Below are positions 1 to 7,211 of a DNA stretch of 32,000 nucleotides, one piece after another. The position numbers and the translations under genes are program-made. Below the pieces are notes generated by a model. It was not told the DNA's origin, ran no database searches, and saw nothing but the letters and a program-made list of their open reading frames with translations. The DNA lies in the NCBI RefSeq assembly GCF_000341395.1, contig NC_020304.1, positions 2,100,001 to 2,132,000 on the forward strand, given 5' to 3'. The stretch is from Desulfocapsa sulfexigens DSM 10523. GTDB lineage: Bacteria; Desulfobacterota; Desulfobulbia; Desulfobulbales; Desulfocapsaceae. The number at the start of each line of letters is the position of its first letter. Positions within the stretch are counted from its first letter, which is position 1.

Positions 1-899
1 AAAGAGATTTGGCGCGAAGTCAAAAATGCGAATCCGATAAATGCTGGATAGAGATAAATTTTCAGTTTATGGAATCCTGAGAACAGCCCTTCCTTCGGAA
101 AGTAAGGGCCTGCAAGGACAAGTGTCGAGAGTTGGGGGACCGATGGGTAATAAAAATGTAATCCGTTCAATAAGTGGAGAAAAACCGGAACAAGAAGGCC
201 GGCCAGGAGAAAATGGTTTCCAAAAAACCTTCCTATTCTTCCTTCGTCGAGTGAGCTGCAGAGCATTTCAGGGACACGCAGCAGGGGAAAGTTGATGCGT
301 TCGTTGTGGATCCACTGGCGGGAAAGAATATTGATGATAAAGAGCATAAAACCGTATGATAGCAGGATGAAGCTTCCCCAGAGCAGCAGAGGGCTGAGCC
401 ATGCCTGCCATGGGATAGTTGAGGCCACCTCAAGCCAGCTCATGCTCCGTCCTCCGGGAATTCCTGTATAGAGCATTTCAATGGCCCGTGGATCCGTGGG
501 GCTGATTCCCTGGGGCAGGAGAGAGCAAAGGGTTTCCTGCCATTGATTCTCAACGGTGGCGTAATGAATGGGTGCTGTCAGGTTGAGGAGAAGAGTCCTG
601 GCCATTCCGGTATATGCAATCCCTGATCCAATGACCATCTCAATCCAGATGATAAGAAGCTCACCGCCAGTGAAGATAAGTGACTTGCTGCGAAGGATCT
701 TTGCTGTTATCGCAGTCAGGATAACAAGGAGAATGAAAATGAAAAAAGGGGCCAGGGGAAAATGACCGCCACCAAGGGGAGTGGCTTGCTGGTACACATT
801 GTTAAACGGTGTGAGGAGGCAGATGGCAGTAGCCAGAATCATACCGACTATAATGGAACGGAACCGAATGGCAGAGGCAGTTTTTGTATGTTCAGGCAT
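1..899 (-). CDS. Polytopic membrane protein of unknown function; 3' end runs off the left window edge (absent from the supplied ORF track)
   Basis: The reverse complement of 1-899 is one uninterrupted frame from ATG (899-897): MPEHTKTASAIRFRSIIVGMILATAICLLTPF...HFPLAPFFIFILLVILTAITAKIL...WQAWLSPLLLWGSFILLSYGFMLFIINIL...NHFLLAGLLVPVFLHLLNGL... This is about 299 codons with at least 5-6 hydrophobic helices. The ATG sits inside the last codons of the upstream 1606-aa gene (GATGCCTGA, 8-nt overlap), which suggests translational coupling. No family recognised by eye. Confidence 0.7.
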   Translation of the reverse strand, partial: MPEHTKTASAIRFRSIIVGMILATAICLLTPFNNVYQQATPLGGGHFPLAPFFIFILLVILTAITAKILRSKSLIFTGGELLIIWIEMVIGSGIAYTGMARTLLLNLTAPIHYATVENQWQETLCSLLPQGISPTDPRAIEMLYTGIPGGRSMSWLEVASTIPWQAWLSPLLLWGSFILLSYGFMLFIINILSRQWIHNERINFPLLRVPEMLCSSLDEGRIGRFFGNHFLLAGLLVPVFLHLLNGLHFYYPSVPQLSTLVLAGPYFPKEGLFSGFHKLKIYLYPAFIGFAFLTSRQIS

Positions 900-3800
900 C
901 TGCTCTCTCCTTTGCGTTCTGGCTTTCTGTGACTATCTCTTTGAACTGTCCAGCAAAATGGTTGTGGCTTGCCTCGTCAAGGGATCTCCAGACCAGAAGC
1001 TGTTTCCGAAGGTCGTGAAGAAATGAGGTGTTGATTCTTTCCCACACGGATTCTTCACCCGAACGGCGCTCAATGGTGACCTTGATTTCAAGATAGTTTG
1101 GGTTGTCTTCCACAGGGGAGAACTGAATGTCGACCCATTGCATAATGCCGAAGTCAAATGGGGCGAGCCATACCTTTGAGCGAATATAGGTGCAGTACAA
1201 GGTGTGTGGTTGTTCTGTGTTTTCTATGAGAGATCTCATCTCTTCAATATTGCAGCAACTGGATACCAGATTCACAGGACCGGTGGAGAAGAGTCCGTGG
1301 GAAACCTCCTGATGGGAGGTGAAGTAACCGAATATAAATCCGCCAATTGAATCGTGCTCATCATATTTCATGAAAAATGGAAGAGTGATGGTGATGCGAT
1401 TATCAACAGCCCGAGGCAGACTGAAGTTGGCGTTCACGTCGGGGATGGCTATTTTAGCAGCCACCCGAGAGGGGTAGATAACCGAGAGAAGAACCACCCC
1501 GATAACAAGCAGCATGGCTGCAACTCCTGCCATAGAAGAGTAATTCACGGTGAGCCCGGCCCAGAGGCTGGTCTCGGCGAAGAGATAGGCAGAAACCTGG
1601 GCCAGGAGATAGCCGAGTACAACGGATATTACTGCAAGTGCAAGAGCCTCGGCGATAAAAAGAAAAGAAACATGCGACGGGGCAAGGCCAACCGAAGTGT
1701 AGACTGCGATCTCATTCTTTCGTTCATAGACCGAGCTGATCATGGTGTTCAGTACAATGAAAATGGAGATAAGAAGCGGAATGATAATATTGGGCACACC
1801 GCTGTACTGTATGGAGTCACTCTGGTTGTAAAGCCATACCCCATCCGTCTCTCCGGCAAAAATGGCCATGGAAAATCTATCGACAAGTCCTTCTGCTGTT
1901 TCACTTATGGATGTCCCGCCGCTTGGCAGTACTGCAAGATTTTTGAGTTTGCCGCCAAGGGTGAGCAGGGTTGAGGCTGGTATGATTGCAACCTGAGATG
2001 CGGGGATATGATGGTATCTGCTCTGGAAGGAGCGGATATCTTCTCCCGATTCAATGGCTTCCTGTTCTTCTTCGCTGATTTCAGAGCCCGATTCTTCGGG
2101 AAAGGTGACAGGAGTCAGAGGTTCTCCATCGAGATCCAGTGCCTTGTCAAAGAGTGCGCCATTAAAAGTTCCGATGACAGTAAAAGTGTATCCCCACAAC
2201 TTTACTGTTCCGGTACCATCCGTTTTGACTTGAAGGGCGCGTGCCATGTCCTGATCAAGGAGGATGGTTGTACGGTCGTCGCTTGTAAACCATCTTCCGT
2301 CTGTTAACAGTTTGTCAAGTCCGGTTATTTCGGCTTCAGAAGGAGAGAGTCCTATCAGGCCCTGAAGTTCTGCACTGCTCTTTCCATGCTGAAGGGGTAC
2401 ATGTACCGCCTGGGTGGGATCCTGAGCTTCGAGCCAGATCCGGGGAGCGATCCCCTGTGCATCCTTGAAGCCGTCTACCAGACCGGCAACCGCTTCAACT
2501 GGAAGAGAGCGCCAGTCCACACGTTTTAAAAGCAGCCCCCGATAGGGAGCGTTATCGTTGAATAAAAGTCTGCTCTGTCGTTCTCCCGATTTTACAGTGG
2601 TAAAACTCATGATAGTAAAGGTGAGAATTATCAGGGTCAGACAGGTCAGCATTGTCCGAATACGTCTGCGTCTGAGATTGGATACCCCAAGGAAAAAAGC
2701 TGCAGTAAAGGCCTTCCAGTGACTGATCTCGGATGGCCGTTTGTGGTTGGCACGCCGTTGTAGAAGAATCATTTCTTCTTCGAACCTGAAAAAGATGATG
2801 AGACTTACCATCAGTGACAAACCGAGGATAAAGAAAGCGAGGATAATTACAGTTGGACTGTATGCAAGTTGGAATGCCGGGTGGACCTGATAAATAATGG
2901 TAATCAGCGTGAGGAGGATGACACAGAAAGCGATGATCCTCTTGTATATATTCGCATAATTAAAGAGAAACCTTTCCATACAGAAGGCAAAAGGAACAAA
3001 GAGTGCGATATAAAAAAGGACGCCAAAGAGTACATCCTTTTGGGTCTTTTCAACCTGGACATAGACACGGTTGGCAAGTGCCATGGACTCGGATGCTGCA
3101 CTGCTGAAGGTGTGGTAGTCAAATGTTCTGAGGCTGTTTTCCGCCTTTGTCAATGCAGTGAGTCCGCGCTCTTCAAGCTGACTGATCTTGTTATCAAAAA
3201 TACCATGCTTTTCAAGGTTCTTGATGCGTGGCGAGAGAAGAGTCCAGACATCGGAAGCGGCTCGAAATACGGTGTTGTCAATGGTGCTGAATTGATCCAC
3301 CGGATAGCCAAAGCCCATTGGTTCTTCAAAACTGCCGTTGGTGAGGATCATTTTACGTGTCAGCACATTATCCGAGAGGATGGCCTTGAGCCAGGTTCCC
3401 GGTTCTGTGTAGATGGAGGCCATGGTGGAGCTGCGGGTGTCGATTCTGCTGTACCAGTAATGGGCAGGCGGGGCGTCACGTCGACCATCGAGCAGTTCGA
3501 TTTTGGTGAGATAGTTAAAATTACGCGGCTCCAGAAGGCCAAAAATAGTGGTTTCTTTGCAGCTGAAGAGTATGAGGTCGGTTTTAATTTCGCTTCTGCG
3601 GATCTTGAGACGGTAATTGTTTTTTCCGGTGGCTTTTTTGTCAATAGCCCAGAGAACCTCTCCACTGTTTTTATCGAAGCGGTAGCCTTCAATAATGAGC
3701 TTATCAAGGACGTGTTTTTTGTCGGCAATGCCCTTGAGCTGGAAGGTTCCGGAGGAATCCACCATGGTATAATGTTTTTGGGTTCCCTGGTAGGCAAGCA

Positions 3801-5712
3801 GCACTGTCTTCGCGGCCGGATAATCGGCAAAAAGCTCCCCCTGGAGAAGAAGATTTGCCCTGCCGGATACCGTTGCAAATCCATTTAATGGAAGCTTTCC
3901 GGATTGGAGAGGCGCAGACCCTGCCATGGCCTCAACCATGTCAGCAATCAACAGGGCTTGATTTTCAAGTGCCTCCCAGTTGATCTTTGCAGGCGTGTCC
4001 CAGGGAGTACCCCATAATGCTCTGGAGTCTCCGGTGCTCACCAGGCTGATGCCCAGGAATCCGGCGAGTGAGGCAACCTCACCGCCAAGAGCCGGTTTGT
4101 CAAGAAACCAGGAATCCCAGGAGCGAAGTCGGCTGGGACGAAGAGTGTTGACATAGGGGGTAGTGCTGTGGCTTCTGGCAGCAGTTGCATCAAGGAGATC
4201 GGCTATGACCGAGAATACCCCTGTTCGATTGACTCTGGCTTTCAGGTTATAGAGAAAACCCTGATGAAAAGTACCCAGGCCATTACCATGACTTGAGAGG
4301 TGCAGTGAGACAAATGCTGCTATTTCATAGTCAGATAACAGGGTTCTGAAGGCATAGGCACTCAGGAGGCAGGATCTGCGGGTCTGGAGTTCCTCTTTTC
4401 GCTCTTCCATGATTGCGATGGCTGCCGGAATGGCCTTTTGGAAGAGCTCAGCTTCTTCTTGTCCCATATCGTGAAAACTGTTGCGCCAGGTCAGGCGACG
4501 AAAAAGGAGACGCTTTTTTGAAAGTGTTTTTATTATTTTTTTCGTTTCAGGAGTACTTTCATTCTTCAATCGAAGGGTGTTGAGTTCTCGGGAAATTGCA
4601 TCAACGGAAAGTTTAAGATGATCTTCAATGGAAAGGCTGATGATCGCATCCCGTTCGTCATCCTCTGCCAGTGGCAGAGTCAGATCCAGATCCTTGAGGG
4701 TTTTCAGGTAGGTCTTTGTGGCTGCAAGTTCTGTCTTGAGCTGTTTTTTCTGGGTTCGGAGAATTTTTGACTTTGAGCTGATACTCCAGATAAGTTCGCG
4801 CATTCCCGCCAATGCTTCATTATGCCCACTGGTGGCAACAAGCAGTACTGATCGAGCCGGAGGACTTTTTTTTAGCCGTTGTGCAGTTTGCAGCAGGGTG
4901 GCAATGGAGCTGGCCTCATCTGCTCCGGGTGCCCTTCCGGCAACGTATCCAGAGCTGTCATAAAAACCATCGATTACCAGAAGTTGATTTTTCAGTTCGG
5001 GATCAGAACCGGGAATCAGGCCATAGATTGTTTCGGATACAGTATCCTCCCAATACGCCTCGGCTGTCACCATGGCAGTTGTCGCAATGAGACCTGGGGT
5101 ATCAAAAGAAAAATTATCAAAATAACTTTTGATATCAGTAAGTTCAATCCAGAAGCATGGAAGTTGAATGGGGGTGAGTTCTTCCTTTTCGGTGAACAGA
5201 TATTTGGAGGTTTGAGGTGACGAGTTCAGATATATAATGGCTTGCGCTCCAAGCGATGCAAGCTGCTGCCAGTTCTGACCGGAATCAGCATCGAGGACAA
5301 TAATGGCATCTTTGATCTGCATCCCCTGGATGTCGGACCAGTTTCCTGCACCAACATAGTAGAGCGGGCCACTCACAGAGCCGTTGGTGGATTCAGGGGT
5401 AATGGCGTTGTAGCGAAGTGCATTCAAGCTGATTGTTTTTTTACCAATCTGCAAGTTTGCACCTTTTGTTGTACGAACAGGGATAAGGAAACGATAGGTT
5501 TCAGGTTCAATTTCCAGGGCTTGAAACTGTTCTTTTATGAAGTCAGCTGCCGTTTTGAGCCCCGTACTTCCGGTTGTTCTTTCTGCACCACTGCTCAGTT
5601 GGGTAATCTGGGCCTGTAAAGAGAGCAGTTCGGACGCAAAGGACGGGAAAATCCCATAGAGTGAAACAAGAAGAAAAGAGGCAAAACATATATGGAGTCG
5701 AAGAAAAGCCAT
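892..5712 (-). CDS. Giant (1606 aa) fusion protein: signal peptide, PA domain plus M28 peptidase-like ectodomain with coiled-coil insert, 3 extra TM helices, MacB/FtsX-type permease module, ~180-aa C-terminal domain
   Basis: Signal peptide MAFLRLHICFASFLLVSLYGIFPSFA/SE. PA-like stretch GPLYYVGAGNWSDIQGMQIKDAIIVLDADSGQNWQQLASLGAQAIIYLN. M28-like strands TIYGLIPG...LLVIDGFYDS...PGADEASSIATLLQTAQRL...SVLLVATSGHNEALAGM. Lys/Leu/Glu-rich heptad-like region at aa ~312-450. TM helices at aa 893-976. FtsX TM1 is SNLRRRRIRTMLTCLTLIILTF, followed by a ~265-aa periplasmic domain. FtsX core is LNTMISSVYERKNEIAVYTSVGLAPSHVSFLFIAEALALAVISVVLGYLL. Topology agrees with the positive-inside rule. Confidence 0.8.
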   Translation of the reverse strand: MAFLRLHICFASFLLVSLYGIFPSFASELLSLQAQITQLSSGAERTTGSTGLKTAADFIKEQFQALEIEPETYRFLIPVRTTKGANLQIGKKTISLNALRYNAITPESTNGSVSGPLYYVGAGNWSDIQGMQIKDAIIVLDADSGQNWQQLASLGAQAIIYLNSSPQTSKYLFTEKEELTPIQLPCFWIELTDIKSYFDNFSFDTPGLIATTAMVTAEAYWEDTVSETIYGLIPGSDPELKNQLLVIDGFYDSSGYVAGRAPGADEASSIATLLQTAQRLKKSPPARSVLLVATSGHNEALAGMRELIWSISSKSKILRTQKKQLKTELAATKTYLKTLKDLDLTLPLAEDDERDAIISLSIEDHLKLSVDAISRELNTLRLKNESTPETKKIIKTLSKKRLLFRRLTWRNSFHDMGQEEAELFQKAIPAAIAIMEERKEELQTRRSCLLSAYAFRTLLSDYEIAAFVSLHLSSHGNGLGTFHQGFLYNLKARVNRTGVFSVIADLLDATAARSHSTTPYVNTLRPSRLRSWDSWFLDKPALGGEVASLAGFLGISLVSTGDSRALWGTPWDTPAKINWEALENQALLIADMVEAMAGSAPLQSGKLPLNGFATVSGRANLLLQGELFADYPAAKTVLLAYQGTQKHYTMVDSSGTFQLKGIADKKHVLDKLIIEGYRFDKNSGEVLWAIDKKATGKNNYRLKIRRSEIKTDLILFSCKETTIFGLLEPRNFNYLTKIELLDGRRDAPPAHYWYSRIDTRSSTMASIYTEPGTWLKAILSDNVLTRKMILTNGSFEEPMGFGYPVDQFSTIDNTVFRAASDVWTLLSPRIKNLEKHGIFDNKISQLEERGLTALTKAENSLRTFDYHTFSSAASESMALANRVYVQVEKTQKDVLFGVLFYIALFVPFAFCMERFLFNYANIYKRIIAFCVILLTLITIIYQVHPAFQLAYSPTVIILAFFILGLSLMVSLIIFFRFEEEMILLQRRANHKRPSEISHWKAFTAAFFLGVSNLRRRRIRTMLTCLTLIILTFTIMSFTTVKSGERQSRLLFNDNAPYRGLLLKRVDWRSLPVEAVAGLVDGFKDAQGIAPRIWLEAQDPTQAVHVPLQHGKSSAELQGLIGLSPSEAEITGLDKLLTDGRWFTSDDRTTILLDQDMARALQVKTDGTGTVKLWGYTFTVIGTFNGALFDKALDLDGEPLTPVTFPEESGSEISEEEQEAIESGEDIRSFQSRYHHIPASQVAIIPASTLLTLGGKLKNLAVLPSGGTSISETAEGLVDRFSMAIFAGETDGVWLYNQSDSIQYSGVPNIIIPLLISIFIVLNTMISSVYERKNEIAVYTSVGLAPSHVSFLFIAEALALAVISVVLGYLLAQVSAYLFAETSLWAGLTVNYSSMAGVAAMLLVIGVVLLSVIYPSRVAAKIAIPDVNANFSLPRAVDNRITITLPFFMKYDEHDSIGGFIFGYFTSHQEVSHGLFSTGPVNLVSSCCNIEEMRSLIENTEQPHTLYCTYIRSKVWLAPFDFGIMQWVDIQFSPVEDNPNYLEIKVTIERRSGEESVWERINTSFLHDLRKQLLVWRSLDEASHNHFAGQFKEIVTESQNAKERADA

Positions 5713-5717
5713 GGTGG

Positions 5718-6458
5718 TCAGCTGCTCATTCCTCCAGTGTTGATTTCAAGTTCATCGCGATCCTGGATTTTGTCCACCCGGCCATCACGAATCCAGATAA
5801 CCTGATCCGAGACATTGAGCATTTTATAGTCATGGGTGGCAGAGATTACCGTGACTCCCTGCTTGTCGCTCATCTCTTTTAAAAGTGAAATGATTTCCTC
5901 ACCAGTTTTAAGGTCCAGATTTCCTGTGGGTTCATCGGCTAAAATAATGGACGGGGTATTGGCAAGGGCCCTTGCCACTGCCACACGCTGCTGCTGACCA
6001 CCGGAGAGCTCGGCAGGTTTATGTCCGTGTCTGCCTTCAAGACCGACTTGGATCAGGAGTTCCATACCGCGCTGGGTGGCGGCTTCATTGGGGGTTCCGG
6101 CAAAGGTCATAGGGAGGGTGACATTTTCAAGGGCAGTCATTACTGGAATCAGGTTAAATGTTTGAAATATATATCCAATTTTACGACAGCGCAACCATGC
6201 AAGCTCATAGGCATCGAGTTGGGCAATATCCACTTCATCGATAAATACTTTGCCCTCTGTTGGTTTATCAAGCCCTCCAATCATATTGAAAAGGGTGGAT
6301 TTTCCAGAGCCGGATGGCCCCATGATGGAGACATACTTTCCGGTTTCTATCTCAAGATCGATCCCCTTCAGTACCTTGACTACTATTTTACCCAGGTCAA
6401 AATCTTTGGTGACATCTGTTACGCGAACTATCTGTTTTTTCGTCATTTGTTTGCTCAC
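5718..6458 (-). CDS. ABC transporter ATP-binding protein, MacB/LolD/FtsE-type
   Basis: Walker A GPSGSGKST, Q-loop IGYIFQTFNL, signature LSGGQQQRVAVARAL, Walker B IILADEPTGNLD, H-loop ATHD. The start is either GTG at 6458 (GTGA overlap with the upstream stop) or ATG at 6446. Confidence 0.95.
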   Translation of the reverse strand: MSKQMTKKQIVRVTDVTKDFDLGKIVVKVLKGIDLEIETGKYVSIMGPSGSGKSTLFNMIGGLDKPTEGKVFIDEVDIAQLDAYELAWLRCRKIGYIFQTFNLIPVMTALENVTLPMTFAGTPNEAATQRGMELLIQVGLEGRHGHKPAELSGGQQQRVAVARALANTPSIILADEPTGNLDLKTGEEIISLLKEMSDKQGVTVISATHDYKMLNVSDQVIWIRDGRVDKIQDRDELEINTGGMSS

Positions 6459-7105
6459 TGTTCAACCCGCATGGCTTCAACTGGCTGCATTCTGGCGGCT
6501 ATTATTGCCGGGTATAAGACCCCCAGTAAACTCAGGCCGATACCAGTGATGATGGCAAGAGCAGATGAGGAGAGAATAGTCTGCCAGGGGGAAAGGGATA
6601 TAATATCAGTTCCAAAACGGAGTAGTGCGCTCAAAAAAGCGATTGTCCCGCCAAGGATTGCGCCGATCAGCGATCCTGCCAGTCCCTGAATTGCAGCTTC
6701 CATAATGAAGATTCGCACAATAAACCTGTCGAGCGCGCCCAGGCATTTCATTGTTCCTATCTCACGAAAACGTTCAGTGACGGACATGAGTTGGGCATTG
6801 ATTATTCCTACGACACAGACAAGAAGAGAGAGGATGACTATCCAACGCTGTTTTGGAGAGGCGGAAAGGCTGGTATCGCCGGGGGTTATGTCGTAACCGC
6901 TTTGGATCAGGCTTTGCTGAAAATCTGGTCTGCCGCTTGCCAGCATTCCATCACCAATATCAAGAGTTATCTGACTGAAGGCAAGAAAGGAGACGGCAAG
7001 AACCAGGGTCAGGGTTGTAACCAGTGAACGAAAGAAACGTGCCCGGATCGACTTATAGGACATCAAAAATGATTGTTTCCATGGCAGTACTACCAAGTGT
7101 CTCAT
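6455..7105 (-). CDS. Minimal FtsX-family ABC permease (216 aa, 4 TM, ~43-aa periplasmic loop)
   Basis: TM1 is FRSLVTTLTLVLAVSFLAF. A short loop follows (QITLDIG...SASPKQRW). The FtsX core is ILSLLVCVVGIINAQLMSVTERFREIGTMKCLGALDRFIVRIFIMEAAIQGLAGSLIGAILGG, and the final TM is followed by YPAIIAARMQPVEAMR. There is a 4-nt overlap with the ATPase gene. Confidence 0.85.
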   Translation of the reverse strand: MRHLVVLPWKQSFLMSYKSIRARFFRSLVTTLTLVLAVSFLAFSQITLDIGDGMLASGRPDFQQSLIQSGYDITPGDTSLSASPKQRWIVILSLLVCVVGIINAQLMSVTERFREIGTMKCLGALDRFIVRIFIMEAAIQGLAGSLIGAILGGTIAFLSALLRFGTDIISLSPWQTILSSSALAIITGIGLSLLGVLYPAIIAARMQPVEAMRVEQ

Positions 7106-7176
7106 TGCTTCTCTGATTGTTGGAGTTTTCGCAAATTGCAGGGCACACGATATATACTCAAGTGGTACTCATCACG

Positions 7177-7205
7177 AGCATATCGTTTTTGATGCCTTTT
7201 GGCAA
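7177..7205 (-). promoter_or_regulatory. Candidate sigma70-type promoter in front of the ABC module
   Basis: The minus strand reads TTGCCA (7205-7200), a 17-nt spacer, then TATGCT (7182-7177), about 70 nt upstream of the ATG at 7105. It lies in the only sizeable gap (106 nt) inside the 12-gene array. This is a motif match only. Confidence 0.25.
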
Positions 7206-7211
7206 TCTTTC

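Noticed and set aside
41-1026. ORF-track entries 41-295(+), 233-433(-), 568-765(+) and 781-1026(+)
   Set aside because: All lie inside, or antisense to, a much longer uninterrupted minus-strand frame (1-899) that encodes a convincing multi-helix membrane protein, or inside the end of the 1606-aa gene. Their translations are low-complexity with no recognisable motifs.
1354-3888. Long plus-strand ORFs 1354-1974 (206 aa), 2008-2307 and 2869-3888 (339 aa) antisense to the giant gene
   Set aside because: No SD or promoter context and no recognisable domain, and the composition is typical of antisense frames of a real gene. The minus-strand frame carries clear FtsX and TM signatures across the same bases.
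6021-6689. 222-aa plus-strand ORF antisense to the ABC ATPase and small permease
   Set aside because: It overlaps the Walker A, signature and Walker B coding region of an unmistakable ABC ATPase. Long antisense ORFs are a common artefact opposite such genes.
7130-7148. Sigma54-like element on the minus strand (GTGTGCCCTGCAATTTGCG) upstream of the ABC module
   Set aside because: The -12 TTGC is present, but the invariant -24 GG is missing at the correct spacing (TGTGCC instead of TGGCAC).
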